From NCBI RefSeq assembly GCF_000284115.1, contig NC_017080.1:690001-722000 (forward strand): a DNA stretch of 32,000 nucleotides. The letters run 5' to 3'. This document shows, piece after piece, positions 8,421 through 17,307 of this stretch. Source of the stretch: Phycisphaera mikurensis NBRC 102666. GTDB lineage: Bacteria; Planctomycetota; Phycisphaerae; Phycisphaerales; Phycisphaeraceae. How positions within the stretch are numbered: the stretch's first letter is position 1; the number at the start of each line of letters is the position of its first letter. The position numbers were made by a program, and so were the translations under genes. Below the pieces are notes generated by a model. The model saw only the letters and a program-made list of their open reading frames with translations. It was not told the origin of the DNA and made no database searches.

Positions 8421-8603
8421 ATGCGAAACCTCCCCAACCCCGCCGCCCTGATCGCCGCTGCCGCCGCCGCTGCCCTCTGCCTCGGCCTCGCCTCGGGCTG
8501 CGCCACCTCCGGCACCGACGCCGGCGTGCAGGACGACAGCGAGCTGCGGGTGCTCGACGACACGGGCAAGGTGGACGACGGCGGGCTGGGCGACCGGAAC
8601 TGA
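8421..8603 (+). CDS. Small lipoprotein, hypothetical
   Basis: 60-aa ORF MRNLPNPAALIAAAAAAALCLGLASGCATSG with lipobox LASGC. Confidence 0.6.
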   Translation: MRNLPNPAALIAAAAAAALCLGLASGCATSGTDAGVQDDSELRVLDDTGKVDDGGLGDRN

Positions 8604-8711
8604 GCCGGCGGCCCGGCTTGCGGCCGACCGGTCGCGAGGCGGCGCCGGGGCGGTGGCGGCAGCGGGGGCGTGCGCGATGGAGCCGGGCACGGTGCGCGGA
8701 GCGTGCGGTCG

Positions 8712-8717
8712 TACGCT
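8712..8717 (+). promoter_or_regulatory. -10-like TACGCT, 6 nt before lipA GTG
   Basis: TACGCT-TCCTGG-GTG. Confidence 0.45.
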
Positions 8718-8723
8718 TCCTGG

Positions 8724-9953
8724 GTGAAGAAAAGCTTCTCGCTCTCAGGGATGGTGCTCGACAACGCCGCCACCGCGGACACCGGCGGCGTCGCGTTCAT
8801 CAAGCGGAAGAAGCCGGATTGGCTGCGGGCGAGGCTGCCCGGCGGGCCGGGCTTCCGCGACACGCGGGAGATGGTCGACCGCTTCAAGCTGCACACCGTG
8901 TGCGAGTCGGCCAAGTGCCCGAACCTCGGCGAGTGCTGGGAGCGGGGCACGGCGACGATGATGATCCTCGGCGACGTGTGCACGCGCAGCTGCGGGTTCT
9001 GCCACATCAAGACCGGCCGGCCGCCGGAGTACGACCTCGACGAGCCGCGCCGCGTGGGCGAGGCGGCGGCGATCATGGGCTTGAAGCACCTGGTCATCAC
9101 CAGCGTGAACCGCGACGAGCTGCCCGACGGCGGGGCGGAGGTCTGGGCGGAGACGATCCGCGAGATCCGCCGCCAGAGCCCCGGCACCGCGGTGGAGGTG
9201 CTGATCCCGGACTTCTGCGGCGACTGGGACGCGCTGCAGATCGTCCTCGACGAGCGCCCCGAGATCCTCAACCACAACCTCGAGAGCGTGCCGCGGCTGT
9301 ACCGAGCGGTCCGCCCGCAGGCGATCTACGACCGGTCCGTGGAGCTGCTCCGCCGCGCGAAGGCGCAGGGGCTCAACGTGAAGACCGGCATCATGGTTGG
9401 CATCGGCGAGCGGGAGGAGGAGGTGCACGCGCTGATCGAGGACGTCTGCGAGCGGACGGAGGTGCCCGGCATCGACGCCGACGTGCCCGCGACGAACCTC
9501 GACCCCGGCCCGCCGGACCCCAACCGCATGCTGCCCGGGGGGCACCTGATGGAGCCCGGCGAGAGCGCCCACGAGAACCTCGGCACCGAGAAGCCCGACG
9601 CCGCGAGCAAGCTCCGCCGCGGCGGCTACCTGGTCGACCACCTCTCGCCGGGCTGGGGCCACCACGCGCCGGTGAAGGCGGACCCGGTCGCCATGGCCGC
9701 GCACCGCGACGCGGCCGAGGCCGGCACGTACCCGGGCATGCACCCGCGCTGCGACATCCTGACCATCGGGCAGTACCTGCAGCCGACGCGGAACCACCTG
9801 CCGATCTCCCACTGGGTCACGCCGGACCAGTTTCGGGCTTACAAAGAGTTCGCCGAGGCCGCGGGGTTCCGGCACTGCGAGAGCGGCCCGCTGGTGCGAT
9901 CGAGCTACCACGCGGACGAACAGGTCATGGCCGCGCAGACCGCCCGCGCCTGA
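8724..9953 (+). CDS. lipA: Lipoyl synthase with unusual internal insertion
   Basis: [28 protein letters not shown] (radical SAM CxxxCxxC), [30 protein letters not shown] and [10 protein letters not shown]. Start taken as GTG 8724 from -10 spacing. Confidence 0.92.
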   Translation: MKKSFSLSGMVLDNAATADTGGVAFIKRKKPDWLRARLPGGPGFRDTREMVDRFKLHTVCESAKCPNLGECWERGTATMMILGDVCTRSCGFCHIKTGRPPEYDLDEPRRVGEAAAIMGLKHLVITSVNRDELPDGGAEVWAETIREIRRQSPGTAVEVLIPDFCGDWDALQIVLDERPEILNHNLESVPRLYRAVRPQAIYDRSVELLRRAKAQGLNVKTGIMVGIGEREEEVHALIEDVCERTEVPGIDADVPATNLDPGPPDPNRMLPGGHLMEPGESAHENLGTEKPDAASKLRRGGYLVDHLSPGWGHHAPVKADPVAMAAHRDAAEAGTYPGMHPRCDILTIGQYLQPTRNHLPISHWVTPDQFRAYKEFAEAAGFRHCESGPLVRSSYHADEQVMAAQTARA

Positions 9954-10031
9954 GCGCGGCGTGCCCGGCACGCTCCGCGCGCCGGATGCTCGTTCCTGGA
10001 AACGCTTCTCGATCCCGGTCGCGCCGACCGC

Positions 10032-10715
10032 TCATCCCAGCGCCGCCTCCAGCGGGCAAGGCGCGGGCGGCACGCCGCCGTCCCGGTACCGCCCCAGCAG
10101 CCGCTTGCTCTCCGCCGCGAGCGCCCGCCGGACCTCGCGGCGTCTCCCCTTGACCCGCGGGATGCGCATGTGGTCGTAGGCGGTGGTCCGGTGGCGGAGC
10201 CACGCGATCACCGCGGCGGCGGCCCGCTCCTGGATCGGGATCCGCTGCGTGCGGGCGACCGTGCCCGAGCCCACGGGCGTGGCGTGTGCCGCCACCGCCG
10301 CGGCGACGCGCCGCCCGAGCGGCGCGTGGGCCGGAGCGAAACCCAGGTAATCCTCCACCGCCGCGGCGAAGCCCGCCGCGTAAGCGGCTTCCTTCCTCGC
10401 CCGGGCGGCGCGGCCGGTCTCGAGCTTCCTGCGGTACACCGGGTCGGCCCGCTCCGCGGAGCGACGGGCCGTCTCCGCGGCGATCGTGCCCGCCGGGGCG
10501 AGCACGCCGCGGGAGAACGTGCGGCGGCCCCGCTTCTCCTGCACCGCCCAGTGCGGGCCCGCGGCCTTGACGCGCTTCGTCAGCGCGGCGTCGCCGGGCG
10601 GCAGCAACGCCCAGCCGTCGGGTGCCCGGAAGCGGGCGGCCCCGTCGCGGAAGACGCCGGGGATCGGGCCGGGCCCGACGGTGCGGGTGTCGGGCGGACC
10701 GGGGAGGACGGGCAT
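10032..10715 (-). CDS. DUF2293-like conserved hypothetical protein
   Basis: C-terminal AVIAWLRHRTTAYDHMRIPRVKGRRREVRRALAAESKRLLGRYR resembles DUF2293 (by eye). Confidence 0.6.
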   Translation of the reverse strand: MPVLPGPPDTRTVGPGPIPGVFRDGAARFRAPDGWALLPPGDAALTKRVKAAGPHWAVQEKRGRRTFSRGVLAPAGTIAAETARRSAERADPVYRRKLETGRAARARKEAAYAAGFAAAVEDYLGFAPAHAPLGRRVAAAVAAHATPVGSGTVARTQRIPIQERAAAAVIAWLRHRTTAYDHMRIPRVKGRRREVRRALAAESKRLLGRYRDGGVPPAPCPLEAALG

Positions 10716-10722
10716 GCGCGAA

Positions 10723-10728
10723 ACGCTA
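10723..10728 (-). promoter_or_regulatory. -10-like TAGCGT, 7 nt before DUF2293-like ATG
   Basis: Minus strand TAGCGT-TTCGCGC-ATG. Confidence 0.45.
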
Positions 10729-10737
10729 CCGCAGAGC

Positions 10738-10783
10738 CCGCGGACCGTCGGCGAAACCCCCCGCTTCCGGCCACGGTCCGCGG
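10738..10783. repeat. Inverted-repeat element copy E3
   Basis: CCGCGGACCG (10738-10747) - 26 nt - CGGTCCGCGG (10774-10783). Confidence 0.85.
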
Positions 10784-10978
10784 GATCGACCCGGCAGACG
10801 CGGGCCCCCGCCGCAGGCGGAAGCACAGACCGGCCGCACGCTCGGTTCCCCCCGTGCCGGCCGTGGCAACCCGCTCACACGCAGAGCGGGCTCCGCCCGC
10901 TCGGAGGCGCACACGCGAAACAAGAGCGAGCGCAGCGACGCGAAAGCCTCCCCCCGCCGCAGGCGGGAGCGCAGCCCC

Positions 10979-13771
10979 CTAGCCCGTCCCGCGGAGGCCC
11001 GCGGCGAGCCCCTGGACCGTCTGGCGGAGGGCGTGGTCGGTCGCGGCGAGCTTGGCGTCGCCCTCGGCGAGCTTGGCGCGGCGGCCGAGCAGCTCGACCT
11101 GGACGAGGTTGAGGACGTCGACGTAGGGGTTGCGCTCCTCGACGCTGGCCTTGAGCCAGGCGGCGCCGTCGAGCAGGTCCTCGTGGCCGATGACCGCGAG
11201 CACCGCCTCGCGGGTCCGGGCCATGTCGGCCCGCAGCACGCCGGCGACCTCGCGGCCGGCCCCCTCGGGGACCAGCGCGGCGTACCAGGCGATGGCATCG
11301 GGGTTGGCTTTCACGAGCGCCAGCTCGACGTTGTGGATCAGCGTGTGGAACCACGGCCAGCCGCGGTACATGTCGCGGAGCAGGTCGGTGCCGCCGGGCG
11401 CCTCCGCGGCCGCTTCGGAGAGGCCCACGCCGAGGCCGAAGAAGGCGGTGACCGGGCAGCGGGCCTGCGTCCAAGCGAAGGTGTAGGGGATCGCGCGGAG
11501 GTTCTCGAGCTTGCGTTCTCCGGCTCGTCGGGCGGGACGGCTTCCGATCGGCAGCCGCTCGATTGCCTCGATCGGCGTGGCGTTGCCGAAGTAGGCGAGG
11601 AAGCCGGGGTGCTCGACCAGGGCGCGGTAGGCGGCGCGGGAGCGTGCCGACGCGGCGTCGATGAGCGAGATCCAGGCCGCCGGCAGGTCGGCGTCGCCGG
11701 CGGCGGTCACCTGCAGCGTCGCGTTGGTCACCTGCTCGAGGTGGCGCTGGGCGATGTCGGGATCGTCGTACCGCTCGGAGAGGATCTCCCCCTGCTCGGT
11801 CGTCCGGAGCGTGCCGGCGACGGCGCCGGCGGGCAGCGCCCGGATCGCCCGGGCGGCCGGGCCGCCGCCGCGGCCCAGCGAGCCGCCGCGGCCGTGGAAC
11901 ACGAGCAGGCTCACGCCGCGGCCGGCGGCCAGGTCGGCCAGCGCTTGCTGGGCGGCGTAGAGGCCGCGGTTGCTGGAGAGGTAGCCGCCGTCCTTCGCGG
12001 AGTCGGAGTAGCCGATCATCACGTGCTGGCCGGTGCCGGACGCCTCCAGATGGGCGCGGTAGCGGTCGTCGTCGAAGAGGCCGGCCATCAGGTCGGGGCC
12101 GGCGGCGAGGTCGTCGATGGTCTCCAGCAGCGGCGCGATTGGGGGAGAGAAGGCCGGCGCGGCGTGGCCCTCGGCGGCGGCGGCGACGCGGGTGAGCCAG
12201 AGGCCGGTGAGGGCGTCGGCCGCCGTCTGGGTCATGCTCACGATGCGGGCGCCCAGCGCCTCGGGGCCGTAGGCGCGGGCGACGCGCTCGAGCAGGCGGA
12301 AGGTTTCGAGCGTCTCGGCGGCCGCGTCGCCGAGGGAGCCGGCGGCCGCGGCCTCCGCGACGCGGGAGCCGGCGTCCCCGGGCAGGTCGGTCAGCAGGAA
12401 GTCGGCCCGGGCCCGCGCGTCCCGGCGCGGCGGGATCGACAGCCCGGCGGCTTCGGCCACGCCCTCGACGGCGGCGTGCATGCGGTCGGCGTGCTCCCGG
12501 AAGTCCAGCCGTGCCGAGTGCAGGCCGAAGGCGTCGATGCGGTCGAGCCAGGGCAACAGCTCGGTGTCGACGAGCTCGTCGTGGCCGCTCTGCCGCAGGG
12601 CGGAGGCGATGCCCGCGACGTCGGCGCGGAAGGCGGCGGCGTCGGGGTAGGCGGCGGGCACGGGCTCGCCGCCGGGGGTCACCCGCAGGCTCGCCTCCAG
12701 CCGGGAGCGGACGACGCGGATTGCGCAGCGGTAGGGCTCGACCTCCGGAGGCCGTCGCGGCGCGGCATCGGGGAAGCGGGCGAGCGAGTCCGCGAGCGCC
12801 GCACCGAAGGCGGCGGGAACCGCTTCCCGGTCCGCGGAGATCGTGAGCACCGAGTCCAGCCGGTTGCACGTGGCGGTGTGGCGGTGGATGGCGGCCGCCC
12901 GCAGCGTCGACAGCGCTTCGGCCGTGACGGAGGCGGTCACGAAGGGGTTGCCGTCGCGGTCACCGCCGATCCACGAGCCGAAGCGCAGCGGGCAGCTCAG
13001 CCGCGCGTCGGCCTCGCCGCTGCGCTTGGCGACGGAGTCGCCGTAGGCCTCGGCGAACCCGCGGCGGGCTTCGGCGCAGAGGCCGGGCACGGCTTCCCAG
13101 AGGGCGTCGAAGGCGGAGAGGCTGCGGCCCAGCTCCTCCATCACCGTGGGCTTGCGGTTGCGGAAGGAGTCGGTCTGCCACAGGCAGCCCAGGTCGCCGC
13201 GGATGCGGTCGAGCCGCTCGCGGCGGTCGGCCGGGTCGCTCTCACTCTCGATCTCCTCGAGGTGCTCGCGCAGCCGGCGGAGGCCCTGCCGCACCGCGCG
13301 GCGCTTGCTCTCGGTGGGGTGGGCGGTGAAGACCGGCTCGATCTCCAGGCCGTTCCACGCGGCCACCGCCCGCCGCGCCGAAAAGCCCGCGGCCGCCAGG
13401 CCGGCGAAGGCGGCGGCGACGGAGTCGGCATAGGGCGTCGGGCGGCGGCCGCGGCGGCGGGAGGTCCGCAGCACGCGGACGCGCTGTCGTTCCTCGGAGA
13501 GGTTGAAGAGGTCGAAGGTCACCGCCGCCGCCCGCGCCAGCGCCTCCAGCTCCGCCTCGCTCATATTTGCGAGCCGCTCCCGCAGGGCGTCGCCCGCGGC
13601 CTCGCTCCCCGCCCGCCGCTCCCGCGCCAGACGGCCCGCCTCGGCCCAGCGGCCACGCAGCCCCGGCTCGGCGAAGCGGTCGATGACGCCGCCGAGCAGG
13701 CGTGTCAGCAGGCGTCGGTCCCGCTCGAGGCGGCTCCGGGCGGGGGAAGAGGTCGTCGGGGGTTGGGCCAC
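10979..13771 (-). CDS. ppc: Phosphoenolpyruvate carboxylase
   Basis: FTAHPTESKRRAVRQGLRRL, MIGYSDSAKDGGYLSSNRGLYAAQ, FHGRGGSLGRGGGPAARAI and C-terminal AAGLRGTG; 930 aa. Confidence 0.97.
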   Translation of the reverse strand: MAQPPTTSSPARSRLERDRRLLTRLLGGVIDRFAEPGLRGRWAEAGRLARERRAGSEAAGDALRERLANMSEAELEALARAAAVTFDLFNLSEERQRVRVLRTSRRRGRRPTPYADSVAAAFAGLAAAGFSARRAVAAWNGLEIEPVFTAHPTESKRRAVRQGLRRLREHLEEIESESDPADRRERLDRIRGDLGCLWQTDSFRNRKPTVMEELGRSLSAFDALWEAVPGLCAEARRGFAEAYGDSVAKRSGEADARLSCPLRFGSWIGGDRDGNPFVTASVTAEALSTLRAAAIHRHTATCNRLDSVLTISADREAVPAAFGAALADSLARFPDAAPRRPPEVEPYRCAIRVVRSRLEASLRVTPGGEPVPAAYPDAAAFRADVAGIASALRQSGHDELVDTELLPWLDRIDAFGLHSARLDFREHADRMHAAVEGVAEAAGLSIPPRRDARARADFLLTDLPGDAGSRVAEAAAAGSLGDAAAETLETFRLLERVARAYGPEALGARIVSMTQTAADALTGLWLTRVAAAAEGHAAPAFSPPIAPLLETIDDLAAGPDLMAGLFDDDRYRAHLEASGTGQHVMIGYSDSAKDGGYLSSNRGLYAAQQALADLAAGRGVSLLVFHGRGGSLGRGGGPAARAIRALPAGAVAGTLRTTEQGEILSERYDDPDIAQRHLEQVTNATLQVTAAGDADLPAAWISLIDAASARSRAAYRALVEHPGFLAYFGNATPIEAIERLPIGSRPARRAGERKLENLRAIPYTFAWTQARCPVTAFFGLGVGLSEAAAEAPGGTDLLRDMYRGWPWFHTLIHNVELALVKANPDAIAWYAALVPEGAGREVAGVLRADMARTREAVLAVIGHEDLLDGAAWLKASVEERNPYVDVLNLVQVELLGRRAKLAEGDAKLAATDHALRQTVQGLAAGLRGTG

Positions 13772-13777
13772 GGGGGC

Positions 13778-13783
13778 AGTATG
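13778..13783 (-). promoter_or_regulatory. -10-like CATACT, 6 nt before ppc GTG
   Basis: Minus strand CATACT-GCCCCC-GTG. Confidence 0.4.
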
Positions 13784-13816
13784 GGCAGGGCTCGCTCCGC
13801 GTCGCCGGACGAGGCC

Positions 13817-14632
13817 TCAGTCCGCCGTCCCGAAGGGGTCCCAGATCGCGTCGTGCTGGTTGTACGCGCCGGGCGCGCCGGTGACCGCGTCGATGCCGGG
13901 CGTCGTGATGGCCTTGTTCTCCGCCCACGCGGCGTGGCCGTCGGCGAAAGCGAGGTGGCCCCCGCCGCTGTGGCGGGCGGCGAAGCGCTGCCAGTCGGCC
14001 TTCTGGCGGTTGAGCGCCTCGCCGTAGAAAGGATCCGACGCCGGCAGCTCGTCGGGGTTGGCCCGCAGCTCCAGCATGAGGATCGTGTTGCTCGCGTCGG
14101 GCAGGTCGCCGAGCTTGATCGCTTCGACGCCGCTCAGTGTGCGGAGGTTGCGGCTGCGGACCTTCGCGGTCTCGTTGGCGAGCTCGGCGTTGAAGACGTA
14201 GTTGAAGTAGAAGTCCAGCGGGCCGCCGGGGCCGGTGTACCGCCAGCCGGTGGCGGGCATGGACGCCGCGGGCTCGGCGACCTGGTCGGTGAAGATGGAG
14301 GGGTCGGCGCCGGGCAGCGGGATGGGCGAGAGGTTGCGGTAGCGGTCGCTGCCCATGTACAGCGGGACGCTGTTCGCCCACCAGAGGTCCTCGGCGAAGT
14401 TGCGGTCCATCTTGCTCTTGTGGCCGTCCCAGGGGAGGAAGTCCCGGTCGTCGAGCGTGTGCTGCACCAGGGCCTGGGCCCACGAGCGGGTGTTGGCGAG
14501 GCTTACCAGGGCGCGGGCGGACCCGCGGGCGGCACCGAGCGCGGGGAGGAGGATGCCGATGAGCAGGGCGATGATCGAGATCACCACGAGCAGCTCGATG
14601 AGGGTGAAGCCGGGGCGGTGACGGTTGATCAT
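13817..14632 (-). CDS. Prepilin-type N-terminal cleavage/methylation (pseudopilin) protein with H-X9-DG motif
   Basis: [37 protein letters not shown]; HSGGGHLAFADG = H-X9-DG. Confidence 0.92.
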   Translation of the reverse strand: MINRHRPGFTLIELLVVISIIALLIGILLPALGAARGSARALVSLANTRSWAQALVQHTLDDRDFLPWDGHKSKMDRNFAEDLWWANSVPLYMGSDRYRNLSPIPLPGADPSIFTDQVAEPAASMPATGWRYTGPGGPLDFYFNYVFNAELANETAKVRSRNLRTLSGVEAIKLGDLPDASNTILMLELRANPDELPASDPFYGEALNRQKADWQRFAARHSGGGHLAFADGHAAWAENKAITTPGIDAVTGAPGAYNQHDAIWDPFGTAD

Positions 14633-14716
14633 GGGCGGAGGTTCCGGGCGGGGCGCAAGCGGAAGGCCGGGCCGGGCGGTGGGCCCGACGCGGCGCTGCG
14701 TGGAGCGGGAGGCGGC

Positions 14717-15589
14717 TCAGCCGCGTCGGCGGCGGGAAGCGAGCAGGCCCAGGCCCGCGGCCGCGAGCGCGGCGGTGCCGGGCTCGGGGATCTGGTTGCG
14801 GAGGGCGGACACGTCCTGCTCGATGACGAAGCTGCCGTCGGGCTGGAGGTCGGCGTTGAGGCTGCCGTAGGTCGTGCCGGAGGTGTCGTCGTAGAGGGAG
14901 CTGTCGGCTCCGATCGCCTGGAAGTCGGCGAGCGTCGCGCCGGCGCCGGGGCCCTCCAGGGCGAAGCCTTCGCGGCTGTTGACCTTGTCGCCGGCGTAGC
15001 CGGGCGCGCCCTCGCCGGTGGCGGCGGCGCGGACGACGCCACCGGCGTCGAGGATCGTCAGCGTCCAGTCCTCGTTGCCGACGGAGAAGTCGCCGGGGCT
15101 CCCGTCGTTGGTGGTCGTGGTCACGAGGCCGGCGGCCTTGCCCGCCTCCTCGCGGGTGGCGACGTTGATCGTCCAGTCGCCGGCGACGGGGTCGTAGGAG
15201 GTGTCGGTCGAGGTGTCGAGCAGAGAGCCCCCGCCGTCGGCGGTCTCGATGAAGGTGATCAGCGAGCCGGCCTTGACGTCGCTCCACAGCGCGTCACCGG
15301 TGAGCGTGAGCGTGCCGGCGGTGTTGATGCCCGAGCCCGTGAAGGTCTCCTCCGCTTCGGTCCAGGCGAGCTGCCAGCCGCGCAGGTCGGTGTCCTCGAT
15401 CACCAGCAGCTCGAACCAGTTGCCGCCGTTGCCGTCGATCGTGCCGAAGAAGGCGTCGGCGCCCGCTCCGTCGTCGAGCTGCTTGCTGCCGCTGACGGCG
15501 TTGTACTCGTTGAGGACGACGGGGGCCGCCGAGGCGGCGGGGGCGGCGAGAGCGGCGGCGGCGATCAGGGCGACGGGGCGGGGGGTCAT
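14717..15589 (-). CDS. PEP-CTERM protein with lamin-tail-like N-terminus (APVVLNEYNAVSG)
   Basis: MTPRPVALIAAAALAAPAASAAPVVLNEYNAVSG...IPEPGTAALAAAGLGLLASRRRRG. GGAG 7 nt upstream of ATG 15589 (alternative start 15595). Confidence 0.87.
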   Translation of the reverse strand: MTPRPVALIAAAALAAPAASAAPVVLNEYNAVSGSKQLDDGAGADAFFGTIDGNGGNWFELLVIEDTDLRGWQLAWTEAEETFTGSGINTAGTLTLTGDALWSDVKAGSLITFIETADGGGSLLDTSTDTSYDPVAGDWTINVATREEAGKAAGLVTTTTNDGSPGDFSVGNEDWTLTILDAGGVVRAAATGEGAPGYAGDKVNSREGFALEGPGAGATLADFQAIGADSSLYDDTSGTTYGSLNADLQPDGSFVIEQDVSALRNQIPEPGTAALAAAGLGLLASRRRRG

Positions 15590-15709
15590 GAGCATCTCCG
15601 GGGCGGGCGTGCAGGACGCGGCGCGTCTTCTGCGGGAGGGAACATCGCGCCGCCGCGTGAGCAAACCGTGGCGGGTGTGTGAGAAGTGGGTGAGCGGCCG
15701 CCGCGCGGG

Positions 15710-15715
15710 TACACC
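15710..15715 (+). promoter_or_regulatory. -10-like TACACC, 6 nt before ATG 15722
   Basis: TACACC-GCCGCC-ATG; final base deviates from T. Confidence 0.3.
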
Positions 15716-15721
15716 GCCGCC

Positions 15722-17215
15722 ATGCCGCTCCCCCCGCCGCCGCCGCCGCCGGAACCGCCCGGGCTGGTCGAATCCGCACCGCCCGCGCTCACGCTGCGGG
15801 AGATCGGCCGCTGGGACAGCGGCCGCCCGGGCGTGTCCGCCGCCGAGGTCCCCGCCTGGACGTCCGACGGGCTCGGCTTGCTGGTGACCGACGCCGAACG
15901 CGGCCTGCGGCTGCTCGACGCGTCGGACCCCGCGGCACCGCGGGAGGCGGCGCTCTACGAGGCTCCCGGCGTCAACTCGGTGGCGGTTTCGGGCGGCCGG
16001 ATCGCCGCGGCGATCGCCGGCGGCGATCCCGCCGGGCCGGGCCGGCTGGTCGTGCTCGACGCGGAGCTGCGGCCGGTTGCCGAGGCCGCGACCGGCGTCG
16101 GCCCCGACATGGTGGCCGCGGGCCCCGACGGCTCCTGGCTCACCGCCGACGAGGGCCAGCCCGCCGCCGGCGTGGACCCGCCCGGGGGACTCACCCGCGT
16201 CGCTCCCGACGCGGGCGAAGCCGGGGTGGTCCGCCTCCCCGCCCGCCCCGGCGGCATCCGGTCCGGGGCCAGCGGCGGCGGGCCCGAAACGCTCGAGCCC
16301 GAGTACGTCGCCGTCTCCGCCGACGGTTCCTTCGCCTGCGTCGCCCTGCAGGAGAACAACGCGGTGGCCTTCTTCGACCTGCAGGAAGACCGCTTCACCG
16401 ACGTCGTCGGCCTGGGGTTGCTCGAACGCTCCGCGCCGGGGGCCGGGTTCGACGCCTCGGACCGGGACGGCGGCGTCCGCATCCACCGGTGGCCGGTGTC
16501 GGCCATGCCGCAGCCGGACGCGGTCGCGCTCCGCACCGTCGGCGGCCGCACCTTCCTCCTCACCGCCAACGAGGGGGAGACACGGGACGCCTCCGGGGGC
16601 GACCCTTTCACCGACGCCACCCGCGTGGCCGACCTCCCGCTCGACACCGACGCCTTCCCCGAGGCGGCGTGGCTGAAGCAGGACGACACGCTCGGCCGGC
16701 TGGAGGTGGTCCGGCCCGGTGCCCATCCGGCGGTGGATCCCGACGGCGACGGCGACGCCGACCGGCTGGTCGCCTTCGGCGGCCGCTCGGTGTCGGTGTT
16801 CGAGGTGCTCGGGGCGCCCGGCTCACGCGAGCTCGCGCTCCGCTGGAACTCCGGCGACCTCTTCGAGCGCCTCGCGGCGGAGCGGGCCCCGGGCAGCTTC
16901 AACGCGGGGACCCGGGCCGCCGACAGCCGCTCGGAGAAGCGGGGGCCCGAGCCGGAGGGCCTCGTGCTCGGCGAGGTCGGCGGCCGCGTCCACGCCTTCG
17001 TCGGGCTCGAGCGCTCGCACGCCGTGGTGGCTCTGGACGTCACCGACCCGCTGGCGCCGACGCTGTCGGGCAGCGTCTTCGCCGGCGTCGCCGACCGCGC
17101 CCCCGAAGGCCTCGCCTTCCTGCCCGCCGGCCGCAGCCCCACCGGCGGGCCGCTGCTCGCCGTCGCGTACGAGGCGACCGGAACGCTGGTGATCTACGCC
17201 ATCGGCGAGAACTGA
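15722..17215 (+). CDS. Choice-of-anchor I family-like beta-propeller protein
   Basis: EPEYVAVSADGSFACVALQENNAVAFFDL, LLTANEGETRDA and PEGLAFLPAGRSPTGGPLLAVAYEATGTLVIYAI match the choice-of-anchor I pattern. Confidence 0.8.
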   Translation: MPLPPPPPPPEPPGLVESAPPALTLREIGRWDSGRPGVSAAEVPAWTSDGLGLLVTDAERGLRLLDASDPAAPREAALYEAPGVNSVAVSGGRIAAAIAGGDPAGPGRLVVLDAELRPVAEAATGVGPDMVAAGPDGSWLTADEGQPAAGVDPPGGLTRVAPDAGEAGVVRLPARPGGIRSGASGGGPETLEPEYVAVSADGSFACVALQENNAVAFFDLQEDRFTDVVGLGLLERSAPGAGFDASDRDGGVRIHRWPVSAMPQPDAVALRTVGGRTFLLTANEGETRDASGGDPFTDATRVADLPLDTDAFPEAAWLKQDDTLGRLEVVRPGAHPAVDPDGDGDADRLVAFGGRSVSVFEVLGAPGSRELALRWNSGDLFERLAAERAPGSFNAGTRAADSRSEKRGPEPEGLVLGEVGGRVHAFVGLERSHAVVALDVTDPLAPTLSGSVFAGVADRAPEGLAFLPAGRSPTGGPLLAVAYEATGTLVIYAIGEN

Positions 17216-17307
17216 GCCCGCGGCCGACCAGGCCGCCGCACGACCCCGCGTCGGGCGAGACGCGATCGATCCCGCTCGCAGCCCCGGCGAGGTCCTGCGG
17301 CGTCCCG

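Noticed and set aside
12828-12837. Lone CGGTCCGCGG half-site in ppc
   Set aside because: The required partner arm 36 bp upstream is absent (GCGAGCGCCG), so it was not counted as a copy of the repeat family.
10622-15682. 1686-aa plus-strand ORF
   Set aside because: Antisense to ppc, the pseudopilin and a PEP-CTERM gene, and composed of low-complexity Gly/Ala/Arg/Val repeats typical of stop-poor frames in GC-rich DNA. Two well-supported families lie on the opposite strand.
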